Source: Pseudovirgaria hyperparasitica (lineage: Eukaryota). From it: a stretch of DNA of 64,000 bases. The position numbers and the translations under genes are program-made. Of the stretch, positions 1 to 12,475 are shown in pieces. Within the stretch, counting starts at the first letter, position 1; every line of letters starts with the position of its first letter. The DNA lies in assembly GCA_010093815.1 (NCBI GenBank), contig ML996577.1, one strand, 5' to 3'. The notes under the pieces were generated by a model. That model worked only from the letters and a program-made list of their open reading frames with translations. It made no database searches and had not been told where the DNA came from.

Positions 1-1177
1 TAAGGGTATTTCTATTACGTCTACTCTAGTATAGACGCGCTATTAGATAATACGGCGCCACTAGGTACGTTAACTAGTACCTACTAATTAAGAAATAAAC
101 ACGATTCTGTATCTACCGCGAGCCCCGGCCTAATAACGTAGGCTTCCTTTAGTTATCCCCTTTATACTTTTAAAACTACTTCTAGCCTTTATATCGGGAG
201 ATATTACTATCTAAAGAGAAAATATAAAAAAACATACGCCCTAATTAAAGCCTCTACCTTTAGACTTTAACCATGATATATACGGGATATAGTAAACCCA
301 AATATCGCGTACTTTAAAAGTATAGAAGAATACGACACTCGAATACAACGAAATATAGGCTCATGATACTCGGAGAGTACCTAGGGATAAGTATATAAAT
401 ATAAAATGGGATAAGACTAACGCGGCACCTCGTATATACGTGGCCATATACCGTTCTAGACGTAGTCGCCTACGATATAATATTACGAGATAAGAATTAT
501 AGCTATCTAATTCTATTAAGGGTATTAGACGATATAAAGTAAATAACTACACGCCCGACCACGCCACGCTAAGTTACGTATATATTATAAACGCGTGTTT
601 AAGGAATAATAAGGATATAAATAAGGTTTACCTAGTAGGTGCCTCGTTATTCCGGCTTCTACCTCTATCGTCCGACCTATACCTCCGTCTTCCTTACGCC
701 TACGATATACTATACGTATACTATATAATTAGTCTATAAATTATAAACACTATATTAACTACATACGTTAACTATATATAATTAATATATCGAATCCGAT
801 TCTATAATAAAGTAACCGTCCGAATATAGTAATTGCTATAGTACTACTTCGCATCTTAAGCCTAGATATATAAGTAAAGTATAAAGCTATAGAGGCGCGT
901 ATAAGGTAGCTATACATAGAAGTATATACGGCTACTCTACTTATAGACCATGGGTGTTAAACTAAGAACAAGCTCGGCGTAAAAAGAGCACGTAAGATTA
1001 TTAATAAGGTAGTAGGCGAATTCCTAGTAGTATAGGAAAGAGTAGTAGAGTGCATAGAGATAAAGGCGCTATACTATATCTACGACTAGGTACGCACTAT
1101 AGTATAGAAAACCGTATATTATAGAAAAACTATCTCCGAGTATAAGAAGAGGCGTATAATTATAGCCCTATATCTCA

Positions 1178-1295
1178 CGACCTTATAATCCCCGCCTATT
1201 ATAACCTTATAATCTCCGCCTATCGCGATCTTATAACCCTCGCCTATCACGACCTTATAGCTCTCGTATACCACGACCTTATAGCCTATACTCGC
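1178..1295 (+). repeat. ~24-bp tandem repeat, about 5 copies (cgaccttataatccccgcctatca-like)
   Basis: Visible periodic gaccttata units; the in-frame 8-codon period explains the repetitive 1119..1346 ORF. Confidence 0.7.
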
Positions 1296-2825
1296 AGCGG
1301 TCCTATAGCCCACTAATGTATATACTACGAGAAAAATTAAATTCACGATTAGATTTAACGATAACGCATTCCTTAAAATACTAGTATCTATATCTAACTA
1401 GTAGAAAGACCATAGCGACGCTTTATATATTAATTCGATAGTATTTATATAGCGAATTAGGGTCTAATACGCAACGAAGACTAGGAGGGCACTTAACTAG
1501 AGCCGTGCTACTATACATTCTATCGTGCTAGTAGTTAAGTATATAATAAGTAAAATAGAACTAGAGGTAGATATTAGATGGCTCCTATAGTTAGTAATCG
1601 AATATATCCTAGAATATAGTAATAGTGTAATACTCCTCGGCCTTAGATAGGATATAGATAGTATACCCGAAGTAAAATAAAATATAAACCAGCGACTAAT
1701 ACATGATAGTATAGACGGCTATATATAGGTTACGCTCGAATAAATCCGCCCCTCCGTCCCTAATACTATACTCGCTATAATTAGTATAATAATAGTAATA
1801 GAAAGCTACCGCCTATAACGGTAGAGATACCCACGGAGATAGTATTATAGATAGTAGATAGTATTACCTAAACGACTTAACCCTTCCTCTAGCGATACTA
1901 TATATACTACTATCGGCACCCGGGAAGTCGCGAGACCGACCTATAAGCTCTAAAGATAGTAACTTCGAAAGCCTTAAAAGCACCTTAGATATAGAGGATA
2001 TAGATATCGCTTTTAAAGACTAATAGAATAATAAAAAGGGTGCTAGAGGTAGTAAGGGTAGCGTGCGTGCTTAGCTAAGGCAATGCGATCCGACGTAAGA
2101 CGGCTTCTATCTACTATATATTAGTATATGCCCGATTCTACTAGCTATATAACTATAGCGCATATGTTCGGTTAAGACGTTACGATACCGGTATAAGCCG
2201 GCGTCTACCTAGTTCACGTCGGGATACGCCCGGTCCTACTAGCTACATTATTACTATGACTATAATCGTATAAGATCTACTCTAATAATTAAATATTTAC
2301 TTATATACTTTACTTCCTCTATACTTATCGAAATTACGTTATAATTACTAAACGCGGCGACTTAACTTCTACCGCCTAAATCTAGTTTTTATATCTTATT
2401 ACCATTAACGCCGTCTCACTATCTATGGCCTAAGTCGCATATAGAAATAGATAGGTATAACGAGAGTCACGACTATCCTAGTTCAACTACCGGCTATAGA
2501 ATAGCTAACCGTAATACGCACATACGACGTACGGAGGCCTTAAGTATTAGCGCCCTTCTACCTTATATCTAGTACCTCTAAGGCCTATACCTAATATCTA
2601 AAATAAGTTATAATATATATAGAGCTACTATTATTAAGATAGTAAGTAAAGAAGTAGTAATAGAGCTTAAAACTAGTAGTATAGATACTACTACACTCTA
2701 TAGGATAGTTAAGGAAACCGTTACTAGAGAATTTAATTAGTATATCGCGGCTATAAATGGTAAGTTAGTACCGACGGTTATAACCATAGATATAATAGAG
2801 GCTAAACTAGACATAGATACTATAG

Positions 2826-4432
2826 GCATAGGTACGTAGATATAGTTACCGCTAGAACATAAGGAGAAAGATAATATAGAAGATACTAAAATGGAAGACG
2901 ACGTAGCTAGTATACTTAGACATATATATATATATATACGGTCCTAGATACTAACATTAGAGTAGTATTAAATATAGGCGCGGTTATAACCACCGATATA
3001 GATAATCTATCTATGAATGTCGTCGTACCTAGCGAAGCTTATCCACGCGTAAATATACTAGCTATAGAGATATAGTTATAGTTACCGTTAGAATATACGG
3101 AGAAAGAGAATATAGAAGATACTAAAATAGAAGACGACGTAGCTAGTATACTTAGACATATATATATATACACGGTCCTAGATACTAACATTAGAGTAGT
3201 ATCGAAGATAGGTGCGCCTATAATCACCGATATAGATAATTCCCCTACGAATGCCGTCGTGCCTAGCGAAGCTTATCCACGCGTAAATATACTAGCTATA
3301 GAGATATAGTTATAGTTACCGTTAGAACATGCGGAGAAAGAGAACGTGGAAGATACTAAAATGGAAGATGACATAGCTAGTATACTTAGACACATATATA
3401 TATACACGGTTCTAGATACTAACATTAGAGTAGTATCGAAGATAGATGCGGCTATAACTACCGACATAGATAATCTACCTATAAATATCGCCGTACCTAG
3501 CGAAGCTTATCCACGCGTAAACACACTAGCTATAGAGATATAGTTATAGTTACCGCCGGAATATACGGAGAAAGAGAACGTAGAAGATACTAAAATAGAA
3601 GACGACGTAGCTAGTATACTTAGANNNNNNNNNNNNNNNNNNNNNNNNNNNNNNNNNNNNNNNNNNNNNNNNNNNNNNNNNNNNNNNNNNNNNNNNNNNN
3701 NNNNNNNNNNNNNNNNNNNNNNNNNNNNNNNNNNNNNNNNNNNNNNNNNNNNNNNNNNNNNNNNNNNNNNNNNNNNNNNNNNNNNNNNNNNNNNNNNNNN
3801 NNNNNNNNNNNNNNNNNNNNNNNNNNNNNNNNNNNNNNNNNNNNNNNNNNNNNNNNNNNNNNNNNNNNNNNNNNNNNNNNNNNNNNNNNNNNNNNNNNNN
3901 NNNNNNNNNNNNNNNNNNNNNNNNNNNNNNNNNNNNNNNNNNNNNNNNNNNNNNNNNNNNNNNNNNNNNNNNNNNNNNNNNNNNNNNNNNNNNNNNNNNN
4001 NNNNNNNNNNNNNNNNNNNNNNNNNNNNNNNNNNNNNNNNNNNNGTAGAAGATACTAAAATAGAAGACGACGTAGCTAGTATACTTAGACATATATATAT
4101 ATATACGGTCCTAGATACTAACATTAGAGTAGTATCGAATATAGACGCGGTTATAACTACCAATATAGATAATCTATCTACGAATGTCGTCGTGCCTAGC
4201 GAAGCTTATCCACGCGTAAATATACTAGCTATAGAGATATAGTTATAGTTACCGTCGGAATATACGGAGAAAGAGAACGTAGAAGATACTAAAATGGAAG
4301 ACGACGTAGCTAGTATACTTAGACATATATATATATACATAGTCCTAGATACTAACATTAGAGTAGTGTTAAAGATAGGTACGCCTATAATTACCGACAT
4401 AGATAATTCCCCTACGAATACCGTCGTGCCTC
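2826..4432 (+). repeat. 234-bp (78-codon) tandem repeat array, at least 5 units, containing an assembly gap
   Basis: Near-identical ORFs recur at 3039/3273/3507 (period 234) and at 4206; the unit includes gaagatactaaaatggaagacgacgtagctag. Confidence 0.9.
3625..4044. other. assembly gap (420 N)
   Basis: Run of N inside the tandem array. Confidence 1.
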
Positions 4433-4613
4433 TAGATACTAGTAAGACTTATCTATAGCTACTAGAAATAAAGAGGATACTCTCGGATAACATAGTAAAC
4501 CTAGTCGATTCTCCGAAACGCCTAAAACTAGAATATATTATACTACTAGATATCGACCGGTAGATACGTAAAAACCAGGAACTGTTCGGATTAGTAGATA
4601 ATTTATATAGTAG

Positions 4614-4937
4614 TATGGAAGGCCGCTCCTACAGCCCCATATGTATATATCCCTAGCTCGATTATATGGCTTCATTATATATTTAAGGAGGGCGTTTTCC
4701 TTGGTCATTCTGCTCGGCACGCTTCCCCCATCACTAATATTCGACGATTCGACCTTTCCTTACGTTTATAGGTCTCTATAGGTATTGATTATTAGGCTTA
4801 GCTATTGAAGAATTAATTAAGAGTATTATATAGACCCGTCCTATCGTAAAAGAGAACTAATAAGAAGTCGTGCGTTTAAAGAGAACTTATAATACCTAGG
4901 AGAGATACTTAGATACACGTAGTAATAGCTTACTATA
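4614..4937 (+). repeat. 5' LTR of Gypsy element 1
   Basis: tatggaaggccgctcc...cttactata (RIP-altered TG...CA), matches 15608-15931. Confidence 0.93.
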
Positions 4938-5399
4938 ATTTTAGAGGTTATACCTAGACTATAAACTTATAGAGGGAGATTAGGACTCCGAAACTAGCTT
5001 AGGGGAAGTATATGGCGTGCCTAATAAGGTAGTCTAGACTTACTAGATCGAAGCTACGAGTCCGGAAAACAGGGAGTCTAGAGTCGCTAGGGGCTAGCCT
5101 CTTAAAAGTAGCTGTAAAAAGCATGTACATGCTAACACGGGTAATAGCGCGACTCGAAAATGTCTTAGGGGAATAGGATATAAAATAGGGCTAGATAAAG
5201 CAGTAAAGAAGAGTTTAAAAACGATAAATATAACCTATTTAGTACTACTATAGCTGTTATTTATAAACACGGCTATACGAGTATACTACTTTAGGAACGC
5301 CTTATATAAAGATAATAATATAAGTAGAATACTATAAACCTTATATCGATAAAGACGATAGTAATAGTTTACCTTATAAAGGGATTAATTAATATAGAG

Positions 5400-8300
5400 A
5401 AGGGATGATAGGTGTTATAGGTAGACGCATTAGGCTAACCTTTAGTTAAGGTAATCCCTTAACTAATAACCTTACCCCTAGCGTCTCCACTAGTATAACT
5501 ACTACTAGTAATAGTGCGATAGGAGCTTAAAATAACGACCTAGTAACTTATAGAGAGATACTTAACTTCTTCGTAGTATTTACGCGATAAGGAAGAATAG
5601 TACCTCTATCTACCCTAGCCCCCGAGCGCTTTAAAGGAATAAACATTACGGCCTTCCTTCGGAAGTACGAGGATATATATATAAACTACGAAGTTCCGCC
5701 TAATAAGAAGATAACCTCTCTACCGTTATACTACGAGGACTATCTCCGTCCTACTATTAAAGGAATAAGTAGGTTTTAGAAATAGTAGTAGGCCACGCTA
5801 CGTAAAGAATTATTAAAGGAATTCTCTCTATTTAACTCCGCCCTTAAGGAAGGCACTATCTACTTTGTCCGAAAATACGTGGAAATGGTTAAAGTAGACC
5901 CATTCTACTCTCTCCCTATATACTACTCCCGGTATCGTGTTATTACGGAGAAACTTACGACTAAAGGAAGCCTAAGCTCGTATTCGCGAATAGAGCTCTT
6001 CCTAGAAGGGCTATCTAATAGTCTTGAGGCTCGGGCTATAGAGAAATGTTAACTTATAATAGAAGCACATAGTTATAACTAGGTAATTATCTATGGCTTC
6101 GTATTACGAAAGGCTAGAGTACTTAAGGAACTAGCTCGTATTAATAAGTACTTAGCCGTACAAGAGCTAGCCATAGCTATATACTATAAATTAAAGATAG
6201 AGAGTAAGAAGACTAGCTTAGAAGAGTAGTTATATAAAGAAAGAAGAACTAATAAATTTAGCTACCTCTCTCTAGTCGAAGTACACGTCGCGCTAGAATC
6301 GGATAAGTTTAATAAGATAGTAGAGAGATTTAGTAAACTAGACCTCACGTTAATTAAGATAAAGTTCTACTTTACCTCTAATCTCTTATTTCTATCCCTT
6401 AAGAAGTACGAACCTAAGCTACTTTCGGCTATTATTAACTAGTAGGCGCGAAGGCTAAATCTTTTAATATACCCCTAAGTATAAGGCATGCCTATAGAAC
6501 TAACGTAAGTTTATCTATAGAATTATATATAGAATAGAGAATATATCTCTACCCGAGACTCCTAAGAAGGCGTTATAGCCTAGAATAGACCTCGAAGACC
6601 AATTATATATATTACGTATAGAGGAGATTACCTAATATATAGATATCCGGAGATAGTAGAATACATTAGAGACGGATTACTAAATATTAACGGGGTGCGA
6701 GTATTCTAAGGGCGTTTCGGGGCGAACGAAGAAGAAATCCTATTACTACCCTCCTTAGTAGAGCTATAAGCTACTCTATAAGCTATCCGGAACTACGTAG
6801 TAACGGTTTAAAACGGCCTAAGCTAGTATAGAGGGGGAGTGAAGGTTTCTACGTCCGTAGTAAACATTAATGCTTTATAGGGAGTGCCGGTATATAGTAT
6901 TAGTATAAAACCTATAAAGGGTCCCTACTAGGCCTTAGCGGATAGTAATTCGGAAGAAGAAGTTATATCGCCCGAGAGTAAGAAAGATAGATATATAGAA
7001 TTCTACGAACGCTTCGATATAGCTAGTAATAGATATATCCACGAGGAAATAGTTCTAGAAGAGCCCGCTATACTCGTAATATCTAGAAGGGGGATTACGA
7101 AGAGTATACCTAATTATACTAAGGAAAGAAAGATCGTCTATCTCTACGGAATATATAAAGGGTAGTATATAAGGATTATTAAGGAATAGAAGGACGGCGA
7201 GAAGAGTAGCGACTAGAGAACGTCTAAATAAGAGCTAACGGCGTCTAAGGATAAGATAGATAAAGGGAATAGCCTAAATCCTAGTTAAAAGGCACGTATC
7301 CGAGGCGTTAAGCTTAATAACTATCTATGCGAGGGATAGCGGCTAAGTATAGAAGCTAGCGAGGCATGGCTAGTGCGCGTTCTAGAGATAACTATAAATA
7401 TTACTATTAGTAAACTATTAAGCCTTAATAGCGACTTATATCGTGCGGTATTCGAGAAGGGCGCCTCTAACTTTATAGCTAGAGAGGTCCGTAAGGCTCG
7501 AGAGGAGAGAGCCGAGAAGAAAGGAAGAAATGACTATACTATGGCTCCCGAGATAAATAAACTTAATATATTAGTACCCCTCTATACTATAGGGACGGCC
7601 ATTATATAACGAGATATTAATTAGCTTAAGGAAGGGATAGTAAGGCTAGTAGCCGAGTGTCCGAGGTACCCCGTAGAAGTTAGTTCTAAAAGGGCGACTA
7701 GTATAGTACTATTCAATAGTAGCGCGTAGGTAAATAGTATTTGACTAGATACTACGAGGCGTCTCGGGCTAGCGATATCTTCGCTTCTACCATATATAAA
7801 GAACTTAAGTTTAGTTAGCGCTACTTAGTATAGCACTCCATTCGTAGGAATAGTATAGTAATACCCTATCTATATAGGTTGGATTGTTACGGCCACTTCG
7901 ATATTCGTGTATAGCGAACTTAATTATAACCTTATCCTAGGGGAGCTATATACTAGATAGGCCTTACTTATAGTATAGAGGTTAGCCTCCGGGTAAGTAC
8001 TCTTAATAGTCTACTCCATATATAGATAAGAACGTATAACCTTCGAAACTAGTCCAAACAAGTATATTCTAGTCTTAGAGAAGGAGGGTAACTCCGTAGC
8101 TAGAGACTAACTATATAGTAGAGTATATCGCTAGAAGCCGGAGTTAAGCCGGATTATTAGTTAAGGGCTACCCTTAACTAATAATCTATACTAAATAGAG
8201 TCTAGTAAACCTACTAATAAAGGGGATAGGATATATTTTTATACGGATATAGAAATAAGTTATATAGAGTTACTTTCCGAGAAAATCCGGCCTAAAAATG

Positions 8301-11300
8301 TTACTCGGTTATCGAGAAAAGATAACTTAGCCGCCCTAGTTATAGCGGTAAGGTACGCTACCTTCGTATATAAATAAGGCACGATAATAGAACGGCTTAT
8401 AGTAGGCTCCACCGGCCTCTAAAGACGGTATTCATCCGGGGTATTAAAGGGATTTAGTATGGCTACCATATATAAAAGAAAGGGAGTTAAAGTATACTCT
8501 ATAGATGACTCCGAAGCCCACCGAAAGGTCCCTAGAAATCTATTAGGGTATCTAGACTAGCGTAAACGAGTAATCGTATAGTAGATACTTCTTCCGGCCG
8601 TCCATCTAGGCCTTAACGCGTTTAATAGGCTAATAGAGCCTCGAAGGGTAACTATCCCGCTAGGAATATATCTAACGCCTCTATATATAAGTTAGCTAAA
8701 GATTAGAATAGAGCTACGTCCTACGGAACTTAAGTTACTATATATAATCTTATTATATCGCGAGGAAGTACTAGTATAGGAATTCTTATACCTTAGTAAA
8801 TTTAATAAAGAGGTAGCACCTCCGTAGGAGATCCGAACGGTAGAATATAAGGTATAGTAGACTAAGAACTTTAATATTTCTAGAGCCCTTTATAGGAAGG
8901 TACTCACGATTCTAAAAGAGCGTCTTAATAGCGGAAGGCTCGAGCCCTATAGTAGTTCTTATCGAAACGCCTATTTTCTCGTGGAAAAGAAGAAGGAAGC
9001 TAATAAGGAACGAGATTATAGGTTAATTAATTCGGCGATAGAAATTAACCGAGTTACTATTCGTAATGCGGCCACGCCGCCCTTATATAAAGAATTCTCG
9101 GAGTACTTCACGGGGATAGCCGTCTTAACGTTTACCGACTTCTTCTTAGAATATAATTAGATTCTATTAGTAGAGTATTACCGAGACTTAACGGGGTTTA
9201 TAACGCCCCTAGAATTACTATACGGGATAATATTACCTTAAGGGGCCACTAATTTAGTAGCTTAGTTCGTTAGAATTATATTAACTATTATATAAGAATA
9301 TATCCCGGAGAGGGCTCTACTATTTCTAGATAACTTAGGTATTAAAGAACCTATAACGAAATATAACTCTAAGGAGGCCCTACCTAGAATTCGTAGGTAT
9401 ATTCTAGAATATTTAATTAACGTGGATAAGGTTCTCACGGATATAGAGCGCGCCGGATACGCCCTAAGTAGTAAGAAGACTTAGTAGTATATTAAAGCCG
9501 CTAACGTTATAGGATACGTCTACGGTATTAAAGGGAGGCGACCGAGTAATAAAAAGGTTACTACTATTAGGGACTAGAAACCCTATAAAAACACGACGAA
9601 TGTACGGGCCTTCCTTAGCGTTTATATATATTTCCGGATATAGATCCCCGGGTACGCTATTATTACATCGCCGCTATTTATACTATTAAAGAATAAATCG
9701 GCCTAGTAGTAGATAGCTAAGGAGTAGACCTCGATGGACGCGCTAAAGATAGCTCTAACTACTACTCCCGCACTAATAACGTTACGGTACGGGATAGGTA
9801 TAGGAGATATAATTTTAGTAGTAGACTCTAGTAACGTTAGATAGGGGGCTATATTAATATAGGAGAACGAGAATTATAAATATTAGCTATCGCGGTATAA
9901 TAGAGGAATATAGTTAAAAGCTAAGAGAAACTACGATACCGTGAAACTAGAGTACCGAGCCCTCCTCCACGCGTTATAGAAGTTCCGGTAATACCTCTAT
10001 AGCACGTACTTTATTATAGAAATAGACGCGAATACTCTAGTCGCTTAAATTAACCGCACCGTAACTAACTTACTAGGGGCGCTCGTTACTAGGTAGCTCG
10101 CGTAGATTTAGCTATAGAACTTTATAGTTAGGTATGTACCTAGAAAGCGTAACGTAGTCGCCGACGGTATCTTATAGATATACGAAGGAGAAGAACCACT
10201 AGACGTCTCTACCTTTAACCTAGACGAGTTCGTGGATATAGCTCTATATATAGACATGCTAGAGACGTCGTTAATTAAGCCTATTAGCGGAAGAGATTAC
10301 ACGATAGAGATACTCGACTATACCGCTATTAAGTCTCTCTTAATAGATAAATATAGTAATAAATAGTAGAGGATTATAAAGTACCTTACTATACTCGAGA
10401 GGCTAACTAACCTAACCGACCGAGCGTATAAGGCCTTTATAACTAACTATCTAAAGTTCCTCGTACGTAACTAAATACTCTAGTAGAGAGGAGATAGGCA
10501 TCGCTAATATACACGAGTAATTAAGGATCTAAATACTAGGGCGTGTATAATTACTACTACTTATAATAAGATAGATTATAGAGGTAGCGAAGGGACCCTC
10601 GGAAGGATTAAGGATAAGTATTAGTAGGTAGGTATATATAGAGACGTGCGATAGTATATAAAAACCTATAATAAATATTAACGACGAAGTAAGCTCCTTA
10701 GAGGTCTTAATAAAGGGCTCTACTATATTATAACGCCTATTCTTTAGTAAAGAATATACTTAGACGTAACGATACTACTACCTTCTATAGGGTATAGTAA
10801 AGTAGTATCTATACGAGAATAGCTAAGTAGATAGACTAAGGCGGAGGCATGTATAGCGGCCACGTCCATAGTCATCGTAAAGTTCCTCTTTAAGAACGTA
10901 ATCTATAGATATAGAATTATTTCTAAAATTACCTATAACGGTAGTAGAGAAAATATAGATACTATAGAGGAGCTCCTCTAACTCTATGGAATTTATTAGA
11001 AGGTTACGTCTATATATAATTCCCGAGTAAATAGAATTATCGAGAGAAGTTTTATACTACTCGCTAATACTCTCGCGAAGATAACTAATGGCGGATTTAA
11101 GAACTAGCCCGACTACCTCTATACGGTTATCTAGGTAGATAGAATAATAACACGTACTAGTATAGGGTATAGTACTATATACCTCGTGCTTAGCTATAAA
11201 CTAATCATGCCTATCGAAGTTGAATTCGAGTCGCTCCGAATGCTCCCTTAGAACGAGGTACGATTAACGTCTAACTTACTCGCTCTTTAAGCTAGATAAC

Positions 11301-11820
11301 TTAAGAGAAGATCTAAGGATCTTAAGGAGGCCTATGCCTACGCGACACGAACGCGTGAGGAATCGAGAGAGACATAGAATAACGACTATTACCTTTATTA
11401 AGAGTCGTTACTAGTTAACACGATTATCCTTCTATACAACTCGTAGTAATAGAAGAATATAGGGTGGAAGCTAAGGTAGTATTAGAGGGGGCCATATAGA
11501 ATCTAGTCCGTGTTTAATTATACTTATAAGCTCGCGGAGCTTAATAGAGCTATACTTAGAGGGACGTTTCCTAGCCATAGGTTAAAGAAATATTTTATAA
11601 GAAATGTGAGTAACGAGAGTTACGATAAGCCCTCGCGGCTACTAATCGGAAGAATTACTAAGGAAAATAAGGAGAGTAGCGATAAGAAAAACTATTATAA
11701 ATAACTTACGGAATACCTCGACGACGCTATACGAACCCAGGTAGAAGTAGTAATTTCTACTCCGTAAGACTTTAATAGAGAGGAGTATTTACGTTTCTCT
11801 AGAATCGATATCTCCTTCTA
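5400..11820 (+). pseudogene. Degenerate gag-pol of Gypsy element 1 (boundaries approximate)
   Basis: After reversing RIP changes: Zn knuckle ~6605-6650; protease VLF(D)S(G)A ~7706; RT FLD(D)LGI ~9323; RNase H VDSS ~9820; integrase YNSRxNxIIER ~11015; C-terminal LAEL(DG)..GTF..HRLKKY ~11530-11595. No chromodomain recognised. Confidence 0.85.
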
Positions 11821-12475
11821 GAGGATAGAAGTTTTTTTTAAGGAGGGAAGGGATGCTTATAAAAGTAGTCTTATAATGATAAACTCTATTATCGAAAGAG
11901 GATAATAAACCCTATTATTACTATAAAATAATAAAACTTATTATTAAAGTAAGTAATGCTTAAAAGAAGACATAATGGCGTTTACGCGAATTCCATCTAC
12001 TATATATTAAAGCCGGTCGTGTAATCGAAGTCTACCCATCGAAGGCCCATTTCGTTACTATAGAACGGGCCCCGTTAGGAACTAATAAGGAAGAAAAGAA
12101 GGAGAAGGTATAGGAGAAAAAGATACTTATAGAAAGTCTTATAAGGATAAGAATATACCCGGTATCTATTCATTTATAGATTCCGCTATATACCCGGTAG
12201 ACACATTCATTCATAGATTTCCTATATACCTAGTATATATTTATTTATAGATTTGACACGTATACGGGCCTACGGCCGTTAGTAAGAATTATTTATAAAA
12301 ATTACTATATACCCGGTATTCGAGGAGGTATAAAAAGAGAACTTAAGATAGTATATAACTCTTCCCTCTTACACCTCTCTATATCTCCTTAATTAATAAA
12401 ACCTTCTCCTCCATTTCCGCCTTACTTAACTATCTCTTCTTAGAACATAACTCGCTAATAGAACTAATAATAATA

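Noticed and set aside
1..2480. Possible transposase or Starship captain gene
   Set aside because: Coding-like but too RIP-degraded; no DDE or tyrosine-recombinase motif could be recognised by eye.
3039..4400. Hydrophobic minus-strand ORFs in the track
   Set aside because: Antisense shadows of the RIP-mutated repeat; the Ile/Tyr/Leu richness is a RIP artefact.
2826..4432. 234-bp repeats as a Kex2-processed repeat RiPP precursor for the DUF3328 enzyme, or as a CRISPR array
   Set aside because: No signal peptide or KR sites, RIP-destroyed, inside a repeat element 21 kb away; contiguous units without unique spacers, in a eukaryote.
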